The notes beneath the pieces were generated by a model. The model was not told the DNA's origin, searched no databases, and saw nothing but the letters and a program-made list of their open reading frames with translations. From Lingula anatina (taxonomy: Eukaryota > Animalia > Brachiopoda): a stretch of 64,000 nucleotides of DNA. The stretch is from NCBI GenBank assembly GCA_051362555.1, contig CM120646.1:14694001-14758000 (forward strand). The letters are read 5' to 3'. Below are positions 1 to 12,890 of this stretch, piece by piece (within the stretch, counting starts at the first letter, position 1; each line of letters starts with the position of its first letter). The translations under genes and the position numbers were made by a program.

Positions 1-1099
1 ATTTACGTGGATATCTATCACCTTTTGGGTATCTTTGGCTTTGGTATATACTGATGATCTACATGCAGTGTGAAAGTGGAGACTATGGAATGCTCTACCT
101 GCAAAGACAACTTTAAAAATGAAAAAAAAAAGCATATAATAAGTTGCAACAGTTACAAAGTTTACAAAGTTTACATTGGTACCGACCACTTTTTTCTCAT
201 GTATGTTATTTGCACTGAAGTCCACGTATAGGGGATATAGGCTTTGAACGCACTTCATCTGTGAAAAACAGTGAAAAAATATGCAAAAAAAGGGAATTGA
301 ACATAAGTTCAAATCACCATAGCAACAAAAATAAAATGGGCACCCATCAATTTTCAATCTTAATATGGATATAAAAGTCGCATGTTAAAATTTAAGAATA
401 TTTTATTAGACAGAAATCTCATAAGGACATTAACTTAAGCCACCTATGCACTGCCAATCAAATTGTCTCGATGCTTTTATGTCATTTTCGATTTTATTAT
501 TGAACATTTTTAACTGAGGGTCTCTCTCCGTTAATAGACCGCTCCCTCCAATTTTGTTATGACATAAATAGTTGATCGTAATGAAACACACCACTGCAGG
601 AGGCACAATGTGATACTTAATAGAATGTAAAAAATCTTTATGCTATAATTATGCACCAACAAAGCGTCAAAGCGAGTTCGAAAACTTGTTTACATGATGA
701 CCCAAATCCAATATGAACTGAATTAATAAAGACTTGGAAAATAAAAAATAAGATATTTTTATAACGGCAATCAAGAAATAATTTTAAAGACAATGGTAAG
801 AAAGCGCCATTTGATTTCGTTCTAAAGTGCACCACCCTGAGTGTCAGGGCACTGTAAACCTACCTTGCTCACTATACCTTTTCATGTGTTAGCTTTACAG
901 TACACTCTGTATTGCTGATGTGGGTTATATATGAAATTAAGCTCGAGCTGGCAATACCGAAATCTAGAACCTAGGGTAAAGTGCACAAGCGTCACTCCAA
1001 TTATTTGCATGTGATGAGACACTTACGGTCAACACGATAACTCGCGAGGCACCGCTGTACAATCGCTTTCATAGCCTCGACCCTTGTCATCTTGCCCAT
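1..1099 (-). CDS. Possible 5' end of an unidentified gene running off the left edge (exons ~1099-1027 and 98-<1); N-terminus resembles a mitochondrial transit peptide
   Basis: ATG at 1099 (or 1090), donor C|gtaagt after 1027, acceptor tttgcag before 98; phase-1 join reads MGKMTRVEAMKAIVQRCLASYRVDRRAFHSLHFHTACRSSVYTKAKDTQKVIDIHVN. An alternative donor near 864 exists and no domain is recognised. Confidence 0.35.
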
Positions 1100-1138
1100 G
1101 CACCACAGACTGAGCCTTTGTATGTTTGGTGAGGCCTA

Positions 1139-1338
1139 GAGAGCACTCACAACAGAGTAGATCCGCGGACTAACAGATCCGTGGATCAAATATGGCCGAC
1201 CTACTTGAAAGCTAGCCGTGTAATCCCCGCGGGTAATCTATTCAGTGTGGAGATTATGCGGCTAGCTTTCAAGTGGGTCGGCCATATTTGATCCTCGGAT
1301 CTGATAGTCCTGGGATCAACTCTGTTGTGAATGCGGCC
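1139..1338. mobile_element. Palindromic MITE (PIF/Harbinger-like non-autonomous element)
   Basis: Long imperfect inverted repeat: GAGAGCACTCACAACAGAG...GATCAAATATGGCCGACCTACTTGAAAGCTAGCCG versus CGGCTAGCTTTCAAGTGGGTCGGCCATATTTGATC...CTCTGTTGTGAATGC. Related to copies at ~6455 and ~39345. Confidence 0.75.
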
Positions 1339-1846
1339 CTCGCCAGCTGGGGCCCTTCTGGTATGATATGCATGCATGGTAAGTATTATAGAGAAGTGTA
1401 GATCACAGGATTTAAGTACAAGGGTCGTAGATAAGAGGTACGATGAAATACTGTAAACACGGCTTCAGTGTACGGTCAATACGGTAGAGCCTCTTGAACA
1501 CGACGCAGACATAGAATGAGGGCTTGGTAGCTGATTTTCAACTGCTAAGCTAAAACCTTGGTGAATTGTAAACGTCAAACGTCAGGAAATAAAAAAACAT
1601 CATGCCAAATGTTGTAAATACATGTAAATGCAATAAATTTAGAAGTTTGAAAAAAATCTTAGTAACAGAACAATAACAAGGAGGGGTCAGCACATGGTAC
1701 GTACTTTGCTGATTATGGATCTTGCAACGAGAAATTAATAAAATCAATGTCAAAATTGAAATCACAGTTATCAAGTGAAGATTTTCATATTTTTCAACGT
1801 AATACCATTTGTTTAAAATCAAAATGACAGATAAAGAACCCTGACT

Positions 1847-1930
1847 ATAAATTAGGCACTCTCTTATCACCCCGTGTATAGACGGTGGGATAAGTCAACC
1901 TGAATGACCTCATTTTAGTGCGCCTCAGTC
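1847..1930 (+). promoter_or_regulatory. Candidate FABP core promoter (TATA-like box; Inr-like TCAGTC)
   Basis: TATAAAT at 1847-1853 and TCAGTC at 1925-1930, upstream of the ATG at 1970. Motif match only; the spacing is longer than canonical TATA-Inr. Confidence 0.3.
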
Positions 1931-1969
1931 GACATTTTGGTTACAAGGTGAGACCACATAGACAGAACT

Positions 1970-4900
1970 ATGAGTAAACTGGTGGGCAAGTGGAAATTCG
2001 AATCCAGTGAGGGATGGGAAGAATACATGAAGGGTTTGGGTAAGTGCCTCTACGTACCTCTCCATCCGGGGCCCTATGCCCCTCCCCCAAAATAAAATGA
2101 TGGTTTAACTGGCCAAGCGTTAAGACCAACATCGTAGACCCCGTTTCCACACCTAGATCGATCTAACAAGATCGACCCATCTCCGAGGGGCTTCTCGCTA
2201 GTTGTATTCAGCCTAAGTAGGGAGTAAAACAATGAGTGACTTTTACCACCCAATTTTAAGTTCGTTCAAATTTTAATCAATCAACAAAAGGCCTCAAAAT
2301 TTGAAAGACAGTAGGAGGTTTTTAAAGGGGTTTTACCTTTAATGACTTTAATGACCCTTTTTGGATATGAAAATTGCCTTGTCCATTAAAAAGATCAATG
2401 AGAACTGTATAAAGCAAGGATTGATTATGTCCTAAACAAATTGCAATTTCTGTAATCTGTAGATGTCGGATTTGCTCTAAGAAAAATAGGCGGAATGACA
2501 AAACCACAGGAGGAAATTTCCATTGACGGCGACTTCTGGCAGCTTGACATTTTGTCTACTTTTAAAAATATCCACCTCAAGTTTAAGCTGGGTGTGGCGT
2601 TTGAAGAACACACGGTAGATGGCAGAACTGTGCAGGTAAGCGCCAAATTTCTTTGAAGGTGCACAGGAACTCGTGCATTTACGTTTATACAAGAAAAGTA
2701 CAATTATGTTAATAATAATGCCCGTTTGAAGGTCCTTCTACCATGATTTATATATTTTATATGAGGTTGCGGTAGCACAAGTACTGCACTATTTTCATGG
2801 ATAGTGCTTTTGGTGGCAAGTTGTTCCCTCTTGTAATACCTTTTCGGTTTATATGTCGCGTTACAATTAAGCGACGGATTTTCTTCTGTGCCCTCTGAAA
2901 AGGTGTTATCGCATATTTCTGGCAAGTCATGGAAAACGAAATACCCACAACACCAAGAGCTTGTTTTTTCTGAGATGGAAAATGTGGCCTTGATTTTACA
3001 CGTGGTATATCGTCTTAAAATTGCCAAGACTCCAAGTTAGCTAAATCTAAAGACATTTTGTCATTTGATATATTTTTTGGAATATCTTTATTTTTAATAC
3101 AAAGGTGGTAAATCTCCGAAGCGTTATGTGCTCACCTTTCGATAATAATAATAATAATAATAGTAACAATAATCATAAAGTTAATAATAATAATAATAAT
3201 AAATTTTGATGAACACATAGACACATTTAGTTTTCACGTGCAGTTTTTAATTCACATTTCAATATCATATACATGTGCCTTTTTAGATACATCAATTCAC
3301 TTTCAGCAGCTATTATCAGCATGTCTTCATGAGTTGTTATTGTTATGTACCCTTTACCGGGGCGATATATTGATTTTCCACAGATATTCAAAGATATGTC
3401 TCTAGATAAATAGACAGTCATTTTGGTCTGCAAAATATGTCCACAATAATAACTGCGGCCCTGGTAGAGGGTAATTGTCATGCATGTTGTAAAGTATTTT
3501 TTCAGTTCTCGACGCTGCTCTTTTACATGATCTTCCTCAATTACATGTTCATCTTTTGATTACGGTAATTTCACTGTTAGCAAGTTGTTAACAGTGGTTT
3601 TTTATTTAAACAGGAATACATAGAGCAGTTAACACGTTGTTGATCCACGATTTTTTTTGCATAGCAAATACTGAGAAAGAATTGTATTCGAGAATCAATA
3701 AATATTAACATATATACTCCTGAAAGTTGCCAGTGTGTCTTTGTCAAAATACGAGATCATACAATTCAATTCAATTCAATTTATTTCTGTACTGGTACAT
3801 AAATAATCATGACTTTGTACAATGTAATATAATGAAACAATACAATTGGTGCATTACCAGCCTCTAATTGGTAACTGGATTGCCAGTTTGTGAATGAACA
3901 AGTATATATCTTTATGTAAAACAAAACAGTTATAGACTTTGTGTTTTGATCAGCAAGCGGCTGTGTCTTCTACATGTATTTGTCTTGTATGCAAAATTCG
4001 TGACAAAAAAGCTCTAGACTTTGTGTTTCCATCACCTTGATGAATTATTGACCCTCTACAGGGATAAATGACCCCCGCCTTCGGCTCTACTCGTGCAATA
4101 ATCTACAGCTTATGTAGCTTATTTCGTGATGCATTATTGTTATATCTTTTACACATGTATTTTGTCTGTTAATCCACTTGGTGGTTTGTAGCCATTTTAT
4201 ATGTCTTCATGCTTGGAATATAAAGCTGACATTTTAGTAATTTGCCTAACAGTAGAATGATATCTTCTCATTTGTCCCTTTTTAGGTATTGGATTTCCTT
4301 AACTCGTAAAGCTCATTTGTCAATAATTATTAAAGGTAAAAATTTCAGTGCAGATTCAGTAAAATGTAGATTTAGAATTTTTTACGGATCATTAATGAGT
4401 TACTTATTACAAAATACAGTCGTAATGCATTTCATACAAAATGATATGTTATCAACTTAGTGTATCTCGCTAGGATAGAACCTCTCATGCCTTTTTTTTT
4501 CGTCCTCCGCATCCGTCGTTGCTAAATGTATAAGACAAATACACCACTTGTCAGCAAGGTGAGACATCCTTTTGTTATTTGCATTCGTGTTGGTCACATG
4601 TATTTACCAGGGCTTGTTTTAGAAAAGATATTTTGCCCGAAAACTGGCCTTAGCTTTTAGAATAAATTTTCACTTTCCGCTGACCTAATATAAATCAGTA
4701 TTAAAGCAATCTGACGAAATCTTGCCCGCTTTGCATAACAAGGAAGACGCAGCTTATGTTTCAAATTATGTACTGGGTTCGTAGCAGTACGGCGAGATTC
4801 CTTTGGTGAAATATATTACTCATTGGTCTCTACTCGGACTCAAAACGATCTAGGTTCGACACAAGATTCCCCACTTCAGTTATCCCCGGAGAGCAAAGCA

Positions 4901-6113
4901 ACACAACACAGCAGCTTCGTTTACAAAATTCAAAACTAGTTTAATATCAAGTTTGCCTGGTTTCTAAGTTGAAGTGACTTGACAGAATAAAGATATTTTA
5001 GCAAGATAGACGATTAAACTTTAAAAAGAGATAAAGGCAATTAAAAAGATACTATTACGGGCCGTGCGCACATGGCGGCAACACCAAGTCTGTTGATTAT
5101 TTTCATTTGTACACACCTTCCTTTTTTATACTAAAATTATAGAATAAGGTATTGCCACAATGGGCAGATGTTCTGTTTACTGAAAAATTTCGGGATAAGG
5201 ACCACCCAGGTGCATTGGAACTTGCTGTATAACGCTGTAATTTTAGAGTGAGTAAGAGTGAGCTAGTGTCAGACCAATGAGTATTGACTTTCACATGGCA
5301 TTAACTGAGCTCATAAGGTGGCAATTATTCTTTTCCTACTGTGACAAAATACTTATGCGAGCTATTACAGTACTGTTTTTTTTTTTTTAACGCTCAAATA
5401 AGTATTGCCTTATCCACACACACGCAAAATCACACGCGCGCGTGCGATCGTGCGCAGAAACACACACACTTCAATGTGAGCTGAAATCTCTCCAAGATAT
5501 TTTATATGCGATTATTTCGAAATATGGATCACATTACCTAACTTGATCTATCTAACGCTAACGGAAGTCTTTAACACCATGATGCCTTAGCAAGCATAGA
5601 CAAGACTACTTTTCTCATACACCAAGCAAAAAATTATGCTTATGTCAACAGCGTAGGTACATATTCACTAACAGTCTTGTTCTGCAATGGTCTGGAGTAC
5701 AGTTCTTTCAGGACATTTTCGATCCTCTAAGGATTTATCAACGCAATTCGTAAAACATTATGCATTTGCCATTTATGCGTACTTCAGTGACTAGTTCATC
5801 GTGACACTGTGGCAGTGGGCAACATAGGCCAGGCCTACTAGTTAAGTATCAAGCACATGTAAATTTTATTAAACGTGGCGTCGGATCGCAGTTTTCTGGT
5901 ATAATTACTACAGTGAACGTATTCAAGTCTGCACGTGAGGGACACAGAAACGCAATTGCTACAGAATAGATTATACTATCTTTAAAACTGGTGCATCTAG
6001 CGCAATCATCCAAAGGGGGCATGCAGCACAATCAGCCTGTTTATTTACTACTGCATATATACATAATCATGTCTATACGTTAGAGATGCAGAAACGCAAT
6101 TGCTGCCTCATTG

Positions 6114-6163
<50 letters not shown>

Positions 6164-9100
6164 GCCATGGTCGTTTCGACCCTCGGGGCCTTTATGATGC
6201 CAGTTTCAGCGTCCGAATCCTTGCTGCGTCCCATATTTTTCTTTGTGTGTTCATTCTTGTGTTTTTCTTTAGTTGGTTTAGGAACAGGAGCCTTTGTCTA
6301 CCTCTAGTTTTCTTCCCAGGAGTCTATCTAGCCAGGATGAGGTCTTGGAGTTGGCCTTCTCTAATGAAAATGGCCGGTGGATTTTATCTGTCTTTCCTTT
6401 ATAATTCTAAGTTGTTGTCGGTCTTGTCCAACTCGCTTCAGAACTGAGATGTTAGAGAGCATTCACATCGAGAAGAGCCGAGGTCTAGTAAGGCCGACAC
6501 CTAAATATGGCGGACCCACATGAAAGGAAGACCGCATAATCCTTTAATGGTCTCTCAATGAATGTCACTGAATGTCATTGAGAGACCATTAAAGGATTAC
6601 GCGGTCTTCCTTTCATGTAGGTCCGCCATATAGGTCGGCCTTGCTAGACCTCGGCTCTTTTCGATGTGAATGCTCTCTTAGTTTCATGAATATTATACAA
6701 GATACGCAGTATTCGACGGTAGAACCACATCTCTGCTGCCTGTATGTTTTTTAGTCGTTGCAGCCGAGAATCCATGCCTCACTGCCGCACGAAAGAACGA
6801 AAGAATAGATCATACAAAACATTTTAGTTGTCTGATTTTTATCAATTATATTACCCTTAAAACAGTGCAATAATCGGTTTATTGGAGCCTTAACGGATAT
6901 TTTCTTCCCCAAACATTGCACGTGCTTTTGAGAGCCAACTTATTCTGAAATTCAAGTTGCTATTTTTTAACACATCAAGTATCCGTCACCTCTAAAAATT
7001 CTATGCGGCAATCATGAAATGATATTTGTACGTGTAATTATACCCTTTGCATTTCAGTCTACGTTCACAGTAGAAGATGATAAACTTGTGCACGTCCAAA
7101 GAGGAAAACCAGCAGATTCGATAATTACCAGAGAACTAGAAAACGACGGTTCTTTAAAAGTGGTGAGTACATGTACACACTAAGACTGCATTCCCACAGA
7201 TTTACACTGCAATTTTCAGCTCAAGCCTCACTATTTGATATAAATAACAGCAGTGATGCGTCAGACAAATTAATTTTTTTATTTAATGTCGTGACTAATA
7301 TACAGAGAAAATGCTGCCTCTGTACCCGTTCCTGATCCAACCACGCAAGATGTAATTAATCGCAAGAGCTCGTCCACACCTTGCCCCATATATTCCAAAT
7401 GATTTGATATACGTGCTCATTTTACAGTCTCTGCCGTATTGAAACGTACTCGGAGAAATAGTAACGAGCGAATTTTGACATCTTTGTTATGTCATATTTA
7501 TATTTTGTTATGTTATATTTATATGTTGATGCTCTAGCCAAAGCAAAACTTATTACATTAAAAGAGCGCAGATTTGAACTCTGCAAATCATTTTTTGCAA
7601 AAATACAAAATGACACAGACAAGCTGAACTACCTTTTAACCTGCAATCCACACAGGAGACCAAGAAATAGACTGTCAAAGTTTAACATACCAAAAATTAG
7701 AACTGAGCGTTTTAAAAACACTTTGATTCCTTTCTCTTTATTAAACCATTAGTGTTCCGAGTATTACCTTTGAAACTCATTTTGGTCATTATTGTATTTA
7801 ATTTTCATTACTCCTCTTTCAAACTAACTTCCAGATGCTTGTGCAAAAATTTATTTTATTTATTTATTTTATTTTATCCTTTTTTTAATCTCATTAAGTT
7901 CTATTCGCATATCCTGTATTATATATCAATATTTTAATTTGTGTATTTTATTCTCACTCCATTTTATGTATAACTTCAACCTTTTGGTTGCCATGTCTTA
8001 ATAAACTTACTAAATAATTAACAAAAACAGGACTGGTTGCTAAACCCGACCAGTTTAAATTTAGCATTAGGGCGTTGTTTATTGTGTTGCCATGGAGGAC
8101 AACAATCACTCAATTCAATAATACCTCTATTTTTCACCGGTGCACGTCTTTTTTTTAAAGCTGTCAGTTTCAATTTATTTGTAGTAAGGACTACATAGAC
8201 ATGTACGTGAAGAGATTTAAAAGCATCTATTCAGGTATAAATACAGTTGTCGTGTACGCCAATTTGTATTTTCCTATATCAGTGGCGGATTTAGGGGAGT
8301 AGGTGTCAGGGGGGTCCTAACCCCAGCCCTTCGATTTCTAAAAAATCATACCAATGGTTCCCTCTTGAAATTAGAATTTTGACTAGCTGAATCACAGTTC
8401 TAAACTGTACCAAAATGGCACCGTTCGCCCTCTAAAATACCAAAAAATTTCTGGACCCTTCACCGGCCCCGAACCCCACGCCAAGGGGGGAGCGGACCTC
8501 ACATATATTATCCATTGTGAATGGACTAGCCTCTCTCCCCCAAGCAGTGAATCATCGCGGCATAGTTGTAATTTTAACTCACCAATAGTTTTTCAAAGGT
8601 TCTTCAAATTGACAAATAAGATTGGCTAATTGGAGGTAGGCGTTCGCCCTTACAGCTTATTCTAGCGTTTATACTTCGTAATAAATCCATTTCTTTGGAG
8701 TGTGGACGTTGTTGGTACCCATGGCAGTGGGTGCTGATACTGCCAATGTTCATTCTGCCATGGGTCCCTTTTTATGTCTTTTTAATTTTTAATTAATTAA
8801 TTAAATAATTTTGTTTATTTATTGTTATTGTTATTATTATGAATAAGCACTTTTCTATAGCCTTAAAATCGTTTTATATTAAATACATAATGTATAGTTA
8901 CTCTATATAAATTAGTTATTGTTCTAAACTGTAACAAAAAAATGTATGGTCACAAATCACAATAGCAGGTTATATTTGATGAGAAAAGAAAATGTTTGAA
9001 TCGTAGAACCATTAGTAGAAGAATGTCAAAATCATTAAACCATTTTACTCGCGAAGAGATATTGGGTGCAGATAATTTTGATTCTGTTTGCCTAACAACT

Positions 9101-9393
9101 GGTAACCAAAGTTAAGTCAAATTAGAAATTAAAAACTTTTAAGTTAAAACTTAAAAACAAGTAACATATAGCTTATTTCCTACAGACAAACACAGTCTCA
9201 CACCGAGGTGATTGGAGGGATTGCTCCCTTATCCAGCAACTTTTTGGCTGTATAAATGTCTAATGATTCATATGCTTTTGACTAACCCACCGTTATAATA
9301 TTGATTCCACTCTGTTTTCTTTTACAGACATTCAAAGTGGTAGGGAAGGAAGAGGCAACATGTATTAGGAAATTCAAAAGAATACAATCATAG
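1970..9393 (+). CDS. FABP: Fatty acid-binding protein (intracellular lipid-binding protein family), 4 exons, 137 aa
   Basis: Exons 1970-2039, 2463-2635, 7058-7162, 9328-9393 with GT-AG boundaries. Protein MSKLVGKWKFESSEGWEEYMKGLDVGFALRKIGGMTKPQEEISIDGDFWQLDILSTFKNIHLKFKLGVAFEEHTVDGRTVQSTFTVEDDKLVHVQRGKPADSIITRELENDGSLKVTFKVVGKEEATCIRKFKRIQS. Shows the GxW motif, STFKN, FKLGxxFEE-T-DGR, the canonical 3-intron FABP layout (173-bp exon 2) and AATAAA at 9452. Confidence 0.95.
6116..6454 (-). mobile_element. RTE-clade LINE 3' fragment (decayed ORF C-terminus) with (GA)n tail
   Basis: Minus strand reads VLKRVGQDRQQLRIIKERQIKSTGH/IREGQLQDLILAR*TPGKKTRGRQRLLFLNQLKK...IWDAAR with one frameshift and one stop, matching the RTE C-terminal GH...GKRxRGR motif; followed by (GA)n at 6116-6160. 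Lies in FABP intron 2. Confidence 0.7.
6455..6677. mobile_element. Palindromic PIF/Harbinger-type MITE with TTA target-site duplication
   Basis: Near-perfect ~105-bp inverted arms (GAGAGCATTCACATCGA...TCGATGTGAATGCTCTC); TTA at 6452-6454 and 6678-6680. Confidence 0.85.
7525..8015 (+). mobile_element. LINE (L2/Crack/Daphne-like) ORF2 C-terminal fragment plus 3' UTR
   Basis: DALAKAKLITLKERRFELCKSFFAKI...FNIPKIRTERFKNTLIPFSL matches the L-RR---C / RT-RFKNSFIP end of these LINEs; T-rich UTR ending in AATAAA-containing tail. Lies in FABP intron 3. Confidence 0.7.
8280..8500. mobile_element. Truncated CAGTGGCGGAT-terminus MITE
   Basis: Begins CAGTGGCGGATTTAGGGG, the same terminus as the complete element at 24930-25131; right end not resolved. 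Confidence 0.5.
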
Positions 9394-10152
9394 TGAAAGA
9401 CCGACATGTATTATCAGCTATTCGCCATTTTACAGACCATGGTACTACCCCAATAAAATCTGTTATCTTGCAGTAGAATGTTTGCTGTTGCGTCTAATAA
9501 TTGAAGTACGAATTTCATTCTGAGTTGCAAAGCAAAATCTTGTTAATATGACGGATCTTGCTACAGGCATAATTTGACATAATTCACAAAGCTTTTCTTA
9601 TATATTGTGCCAGTGACAGCGATAATGTGATTTTTAACTGCCACAGCCCCAGTATTTTGTACGGCGTGAACACACTTTGAAATAAAGCATGTGTGAAGAT
9701 GTCAAATATGTTCCATAATGTTATAGCCTGTTTACTTCCTTTTGGTTCTTATTAACAACGATCAATGGCGACAGTTACATTCCAAAACCGTGCTGTAGTG
9801 TGAATAATTACTTGGCATGCAGTATTTAAAAGCATAAAGAATACTATATAAAGCTATAGATACTAAATTAACAGCCAAGACACAGTGTAATAACAGGATT
9901 CCCACGCATAGTGAACAACGTGACGGTGACCACGTCAAAGCCCTCGCTTCACCGGCTTCCTGTTACCGCCAAGGCTGCCAGAGGAGGTTGGTGGTCATGA
10001 TTTACGCTTTAGAATCAGAATATTATTCGTCATGTATCCCGCAAACGTCCACGCACGCACGTTACGATGTTGCTAGCCTGAGGGTAGCAATGGAGAGGGT
10101 CTAAGATGGGTATTTGGATGTGTAAGTCTGAGTGCGGTGTGCTCATTTCTTC

Positions 10153-10201
<49 letters not shown>

Positions 10202-12658
10202 CGTGTGAGAGAGAGAAAAAGAGAGGAGTCTGTGAGACAGGGAGAGAACCACACTTTTCTGTATGTAATGAGATATAAAAGATGTACCGAGATTTGCATG
10301 AGGAATTGTTACAGGTCAATTGCCATGTGTGTGATACATCTAATCACTTCTTGTGGTCGCAGAAAGTACGCATCAGTGACACTGAATCATGCAAGCTCAA
10401 CCTGCCGAGGACACGAGCCGTATTCACCCAGGGGCAGTTGCACAACATAAGGTTAGAGAAGAATGGCTGATCTTAACCTGAAGACCAAAAGATTTGTCTA
10501 GGATTTGTCGTGATAATCTACTGATTTTTTTTGTCTTAAACGTCAGTCATCATTATTGTGTTATAAAGCAAGTTTAGTGGTTCATTTAGCTTAGCTACTT
10601 GTAATTATGATAATAATAATGTATATCTTTTGAATTTAAAAGCAAAATCAATGTACAGAAGACTCAAATAGTATCATAAAATTTTAAAATTCTTGAAAAA
10701 TTCAAGGCCTCTGATTGTTCAGTTACAATGCCCTTTTCTGTTTGCTTTACTGCCATATACTATATAGCTATTACCATTTGATATTGACTGACCTTGTATT
10801 TTACAGTAACATTTATTTGTACTAAGATATAAAGAAAAATGCAAATAAGTCAACATTTCTGCTAGCACTGAATTCACTCATGACCGTGTCTAAGAAGCTA
10901 GAGCATTTAGCAAAATTAAAAGCTCATTCATTTTTAAAATTTTCATTTATTTATTTATTTATTTTTGTAAGAGAGCATATTACGAATCGATGGGTTTTTA
11001 TTTCAAATGAAAGCAACGGAAATACTTCACTAATTTTGTTTGTTGTGTTCCATTTACTGTCAGAAAGGGCGGTTGAGGTACAGCTCTCTCTGCCGCCATG
11101 TATTTGTAAACGTCTTCTAAATTAGTTCGAATGTGTGTCGAGTTATTTGCTCTGCTGCATCGAATACCGAAACTACACGAATCAGTAACCGCCGAGTCCG
11201 GGCTGCATGCGCTGTGGGTGTTTTGCAACAAAGCAGCCACGCGGCCAACGCGATCCTCGTTGTATATGGCATTTAAAACCATATCCGGAACATAAGCCTC
11301 AGCATTTACCATCATAAAAGACCTGGCCTATCTATTGGAATCAGTATCATTCGACGGAGGCCCGGAGACACGTCCAGATCACGGAGACACGTCCAGATCT
11401 AAGAACTCGAGCTCCGTCACCAACCCAAGGTTTACTTTGAAGGCCAGTCAGGTAATGATAAAATGCAGTTACTTTTTTTCTTCTTAACAGTGCGTTATCC
11501 AGCATGAAATAAATTTCTGAACACGCTCCTTTTGTATACCAATGGCATATTTTGGTGTTATCTGACTACCTACTGACGGCATTCCAATCAAAGTGAAAAA
11601 AACATGTACTCAGTTCATTCAAAAGGGATTTGGCATGCAGTGTACATGAATGGCAGAGTATCGAAACGGCGTTCTCGCACACAATTTCAAAACTGCATGT
11701 CTGCCGAAAGTGGGCATCAAGGGAAATATAACTGATATGCAGGATGTCAAATAATGTAAACATTGTTTCATTTGCAAATGTACTTGTAGGTTAGCTAAAG
11801 AGGTGATTGGCTCCAACAAAATCTAATTGATGTGATCCGAATTTGACACTCTATGTTAACTGCCTGTACAGAACAAAGAGACCATGCAGATCCTATGCAC
11901 AGCTCACTTAGCAATGTAGTTGCGAGAAGAAGGCACCGTTTAAGTATCTCAAAACTGCTATCGCTGTCAGACTGCATATAAATTTTACGTCTGGCCAAAA
12001 CCGCCCAAAATTTTACAAAAAAAAAAAAAAAAAAAAAAAAAGAATTTAAATGAAATTGCACAAAAGCATATGTTCGCCACAAAATAACGGAAATAAGATA
12101 GTCAGGATTTATTTGCCGATTAATGTTAATTTTGCATAGCGATGGGATGGAAATTTTATAGGATAGTACATATAAAATACAAACACAAATAAAAAAACAT
12201 AAATTCAAATAAATTAAGCACATAACATCGTGTAACAATCGGGCACCTTAAACGCTACATGTAGGTGGTTGTGATGGGACAAACAGGACAAGACTTTGTA
12301 CCTGATAGTCACTTGCTACTTAAATGTGTATAGTATAAGCTTCTAGATCTGTGGAGTAGTAGTACAACTTCTTTACCAACACTTATGCAAACGTCATCAC
12401 TTCATCATTTTCCTTTCGTAAAAACAGATTGGAATATATTTGTTTTGGGGACTATTATGCGTTTTAAATACACCGTCGATCATTTGAAAATGTTTTAAAA
12501 CATCACATCAAAGTATAATGAATCGCATTAACAAACTGCTGGATATTCCTCTGGTTCCAAGTGTTAATTGGACAAGTTGTTATGTCGTCAGCGCAATAGG
12601 TAGCGAAATGCAGGGCATTCAGATAAATACTGGGCTCTCGGACACATACTTAGTCAAA

Positions 12659-12890
12659 CACCCCATTTCCATAGATTTTTAGATCGATCTATCCCTATCC
12701 CTGTGGGGAGTCTCACTAGATTACTGTCAGCTTGGCCGGCTTAAGCATCTGTCCCGCCTACTAAAAGCTGTAAGGGGGTAATTAACTATGGTGTCCGCTC
12801 GGCTGACTGCAATTTAGCCTGAACCCCCAGGGAGTTAGGTCAATCTAAAACTTAATCTTAAGATCGATCTAAATCTCTGGGAAAGCACCC
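12659..12890 (+). mobile_element. MITE copy 1 (~230 bp) with AAA target-site duplication
   Basis: Highly similar to 61946-62170; subterminal inverted TAGATCGATCTA motifs; flanked by AAA on both sides. Confidence 0.85.

Noticed and set aside
10030-10470. Overlapping ORFs with CVCV/HTHT runs
   Set aside because: Driven by (TG)n and (GA)n microsatellites; no domain or convincing gene structure.
10998-11315. 105-aa minus-strand ORF
   Set aside because: No recognisable motif and no splice context on that strand.
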